Part shown: positions 37,936 to 40,281 of the stretch, in pieces
How the letters are laid out: every line of letters starts with the position of its first letter
How positions within the stretch are numbered: the first letter of the stretch is position 1
From: an uncultured Ruminococcus sp.
GTDB lineage: Bacteria; Bacillota; Clostridia; Oscillospirales; CAG-272
Length of the DNA: 40,281 bases
Direction: 5' to 3'
NCBI GenBank assembly: GCA_964482885.1
Contig: CAYZZJ010000002.1
Span: 1 to 40,281, forward strand
Position numbers and translations under genes: made by a program
Notes under the pieces: model-generated
Told to the model about the DNA's origin: nothing
Database searches by the model: none
What the model saw: only the letters and a program-made list of their open reading frames with translations

Positions 37936-39275
37936 GCTTTCACCTCCTCACCGAGGTCATCCGCTTTTCTTGCGGAAAGCTCCTCCTCGTCGAGAATGTG
38001 TACTATAACCTCGGTAAGGCGGCCGCTCTCGACCGTCTTGGTAGTAATCTCAAGGTTTTCGTATAAGAAGGAATCGTCGTCCTCGCCGGGTATTCTGCCA
38101 AGCGTTTCGAGTATAAGGGAGAGCAAGGGCTTTGTCGCAATTCCGCGAGATGCCTTTCCAAGTCCCATTCTGTCGTATACCTCGCCGACAACCATATGGG
38201 TGTTAACCATGTACTTGTTTCCGCCGAGCGCCTGAAAATTGCTGTCGACAATATCCTCCTCGTCGAATATCTCGCCTACAAGTTCCTCAAGAATATCCTC
38301 GAGCGTAACAAGGCCCAGCACCTTTTTCTTCTCGTCCTGAACAATAGCCATCTGAAGCTTATGCTGTCGCATATGCGTAAGAAGCTTGTCGATTTTCGTG
38401 TTCTCACGAACTATGTATGGCGCGGTCATAACCGAGCGCACCTCAATTCTCGGGTTTCTCCTGTATTCCTTAAGGAAGGTACGGACGCGCAGAATGCCGA
38501 TAACGCGATCGGAATTCGCCGCCTTTACGGGAAGACGGGAATGTACGGTATTTGTAATAAACTCAAGCACCTGCTTATTAGTCCAGTTCACGGCGATGCA
38601 GTTCATATCCTTTTCCATCGTCATGATATCCTCTACCGTGGTCTTGGTAAACTCGATAGCGGATATAAGCATATCACCCTGCTCCTCGTCAACAACGCCC
38701 TCTTCCTCAGCCGTTTCTATTATCTCAGCAAGCTCATCCTCGGTAATGGACGGCTCTGCCTCCTTCGAGGAGAACATCTCAGACGCCTTCCTTGAGATAA
38801 GATTGAAGAATGCGGCAAACGGAGAAAGTATCTTCATCAGGAAACGCAGTGTTCCTTGGAAAAACAGCGAAACAGTCTCACTTCTGTCATTGGCCATACT
38901 CTTTGGTATCATCTCGCTGAAAAGGAAGATGATAACGGTACTGAGCACCGAGCAAATCATCGAAAAGGCGAAAGAATCAAGGAACTCTTCGCTCTGACCA
39001 AAAGCATCTCTAAAGATATCGGTACACAGAATGGTGAATACGGCAGCACCTGCAATTTTAGTAACGTTGTTACCTATCAGCAGCGTTGTAAGCGCCTTGT
39101 CAAACTTGCCAAGAATGTACATAACTCCCTTAGCACTCTTGTTACCATCATCTGCCATAGCCTTGATCTTAATTTTGTTGACCGCTGAAAACGAGCTTTC
39201 AGTAGCCGCGAAGTATGCTCCGCCGATGACACAAATAATAAAAATTATCCACAAAGGTATACTGTCACTACCCAC
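37932..39275 (-). CDS. CNNM/TlyC-family protein, divergent paralog of the downstream gene (GTG start)
   Basis: It has the same DUF21 + CBS + CorC_HlyC architecture, but the conserved D-E-[YF]-G-G motif reads VQDEKKKVLGLVTLEDILEELVGEI. The first in-frame start is a GTG at 39275, 13 nt from AAGGAG. Confidence 0.8.
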   Translation of the reverse strand: MGSDSIPLWIIFIICVIGGAYFAATESSFSAVNKIKIKAMADDGNKSAKGVMYILGKFDKALTTLLIGNNVTKIAGAAVFTILCTDIFRDAFGQSEEFLDSFAFSMICSVLSTVIIFLFSEMIPKSMANDRSETVSLFFQGTLRFLMKILSPFAAFFNLISRKASEMFSSKEAEPSITEDELAEIIETAEEEGVVDEEQGDMLISAIEFTKTTVEDIMTMEKDMNCIAVNWTNKQVLEFITNTVHSRLPVKAANSDRVIGILRVRTFLKEYRRNPRIEVRSVMTAPYIVRENTKIDKLLTHMRQHKLQMAIVQDEKKKVLGLVTLEDILEELVGEIFDEEDIVDSNFQALGGNKYMVNTHMVVGEVYDRMGLGKASRGIATKPLLSLILETLGRIPGEDDDSFLYENLEITTKTVESGRLTEVIVHILDEEELSARKADDLGEEVKA

Positions 39276-39330
39276 GGAAAATCATCAACTCCTTACCTGT
39301 TTATTACTTGAGTGTATGAACACTTCTATT

Positions 39331-39359
39331 ATTTTACTACATTTTATCTGATATGTCAA
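39331..39359 (-). promoter_or_regulatory. Sigma-A-type promoter of the CNNM gene pair
   Basis: The minus strand reads TTGACA (39354-39359), a 17-nt spacer, then TAAAAT (39331-39336). Confidence 0.55.
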
Positions 39360-39370
39360 TACATGACACA

Positions 39371-39397
39371 CAATACGAAGAATACGAGCAATACGAT
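39371..39397. repeat. Three tandem 9-nt repeats [C/G]AATACGA[A/G/T]
   Basis: CAATACGAA GAATACGAG CAATACGAT, located between two divergent promoters. Confidence 0.45.
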
Positions 39398-39434
39398 CGT
39401 GATTTATATTAAAACGTTAACTTTTCGCACCGCA

Positions 39435-39463
39435 TTGACTTTCGGGAGATAAAGTTGTATAAT
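39435..39463 (+). promoter_or_regulatory. Sigma-A-type promoter of the downstream membrane protein gene
   Basis: TTGACT (39435-39440), a 17-nt spacer, then TATAAT (39458-39463). Confidence 0.55.
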
Positions 39464-39501
39464 TGAAGCATAAATACTAGGACACTTAGAGGGGTTTTAT
39501 A

Positions 39502-40269
39502 ATGTCTTTATCCTATCTTTTTGAGAACTTTTTCACACACAAGGACTTCCTTCCACCCGCATTTGAACTGTGGGGCACCATTTTTACTCCGCTGCACTTC
39601 ATATTTGCTATATTCTGGCTTACTCTCGTTATCTTCTTCGGAATATACGTAGGCAAAAGTAGCGCGAAAACGATTAAAATCGTCTTTTTTGTCCTCTGGG
39701 TCTTTCTCGTTCTGCTCGAAATCGGCAAGATGATATGGGAATCCTGTGCCGGCGACGGCATAAAATTTGAGTGGGGTGGCGTACTACCACTATACCCGTG
39801 TAGCATTTTCATGTATGCAATGCCACTTGTAATATGGGGAAAGGGCTTGTGGAAGCGCGCCGGATGCGGCTACGTATGTACGCTTGGATTTCTCGGAGGC
39901 GCCATCAACTTTATATACCCCGCGACCGTACTCGGAAACTACTCTGCTCTATCCTTTGCCGGATTCCAGATATTCATTTATCACGGCGCGCTGGTCTTCT
40001 GTATGATGGTTATGCTTATATCCGGATATCACAGCTATCGCGGCGTTACTAAATGGTACGAAATGTTCGTTCCCATGATCCCATTCCTGGTTGTATCGAT
40101 CTTCGCAAATATAGTCAACTTCTCCCCCATTCACTCCGACTATATGTTCTTCAGGCTTTCCTCCTTCTTCTTCGCACCGATAGGAGCGGCACTTCCGACG
40201 CCTGTATGTGTAATAATCGTATATATGCTCTACACGATCATTCATACGGTTCCGTATTTACCATCTTAG
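39502..40269 (+). CDS. Polytopic integral membrane protein, possibly YwaF/TMEM164-like
   Basis: 255-aa protein with about 7 hydrophobic segments. The motif LPLYPCSIF resembles the conserved LPLhLC motif I recall for the YwaF/TMEM164 family. The assignment is tentative. Confidence 0.45.
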   Translation: MSLSYLFENFFTHKDFLPPAFELWGTIFTPLHFIFAIFWLTLVIFFGIYVGKSSAKTIKIVFFVLWVFLVLLEIGKMIWESCAGDGIKFEWGGVLPLYPCSIFMYAMPLVIWGKGLWKRAGCGYVCTLGFLGGAINFIYPATVLGNYSALSFAGFQIFIYHGALVFCMMVMLISGYHSYRGVTKWYEMFVPMIPFLVVSIFANIVNFSPIHSDYMFFRLSSFFFAPIGAALPTPVCVIIVYMLYTIIHTVPYLPS

Positions 40270-40281
40270 ATATCAAATAAG

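Noticed and set aside
39268-39285. A 5-codon mini-ORF (ATG ATT TTC CGT GGG TAG, MIFRG) overlapping the GTG start of the first CNNM gene. It could be a leader peptide, analogous to those of Mg2+ transporter genes.
   Set aside because: The SD-to-ATG spacing is only 3 nt, the ORF is too short to evaluate, and nothing else supports it. It is noted only because the main GTG start is 13 nt from the same SD.

Overview
This window looks like about 40 kb of core chromosome from a Gram-positive anaerobe. It is probably a spore-forming member of the Clostridia (Bacillota). I infer that only from gene content and order: infC-rpmI-rplT, ecfA1-ecfA2-ecfT-truA, lon-engB, scpA-scpB-ytfI-ytfJ-dacB-rluB and miaB-ymcA-mutS-mutL.

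I can support 38 protein-coding genes, one tRNA-Leu, several near-consensus sigma-A-type promoters and several intrinsic terminators. Almost every gene is housekeeping: translation, tRNA and rRNA modification, mismatch repair, chromosome segregation, cell wall, proteolysis and the MEP pathway.

I saw no CRISPR array, transposase, integrase, recombinase, phage genes, toxin-antitoxin pair or recognisable defence module. I did not find a convincing novel multi-gene system, and I would rather say so than invent one.

The leads worth a second look are local anomalies:
- A D-Ala-D-Ala carboxypeptidase ORF runs in frame, with no stop codon, into the rluB pseudouridine synthase.
- A partial duplicate of the tRNA-Leu 3' end sits in a strongly structured ~190-nt segment, just upstream of an AEC-family transporter gene.
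- An orphan sensor histidine kinase is apparently co-transcribed with dinB.
- An AraC-type regulator is translationally coupled (ATGA overlap) to dxs.
- A YmcA/RicA-like protein carries a Cys-rich C-terminal tail.
- Several short operator-like repeats lie in divergent promoter regions.

All product calls rest on motifs read by eye from the supplied translations. No database search was possible, and start codons were refined by RBS inspection only.
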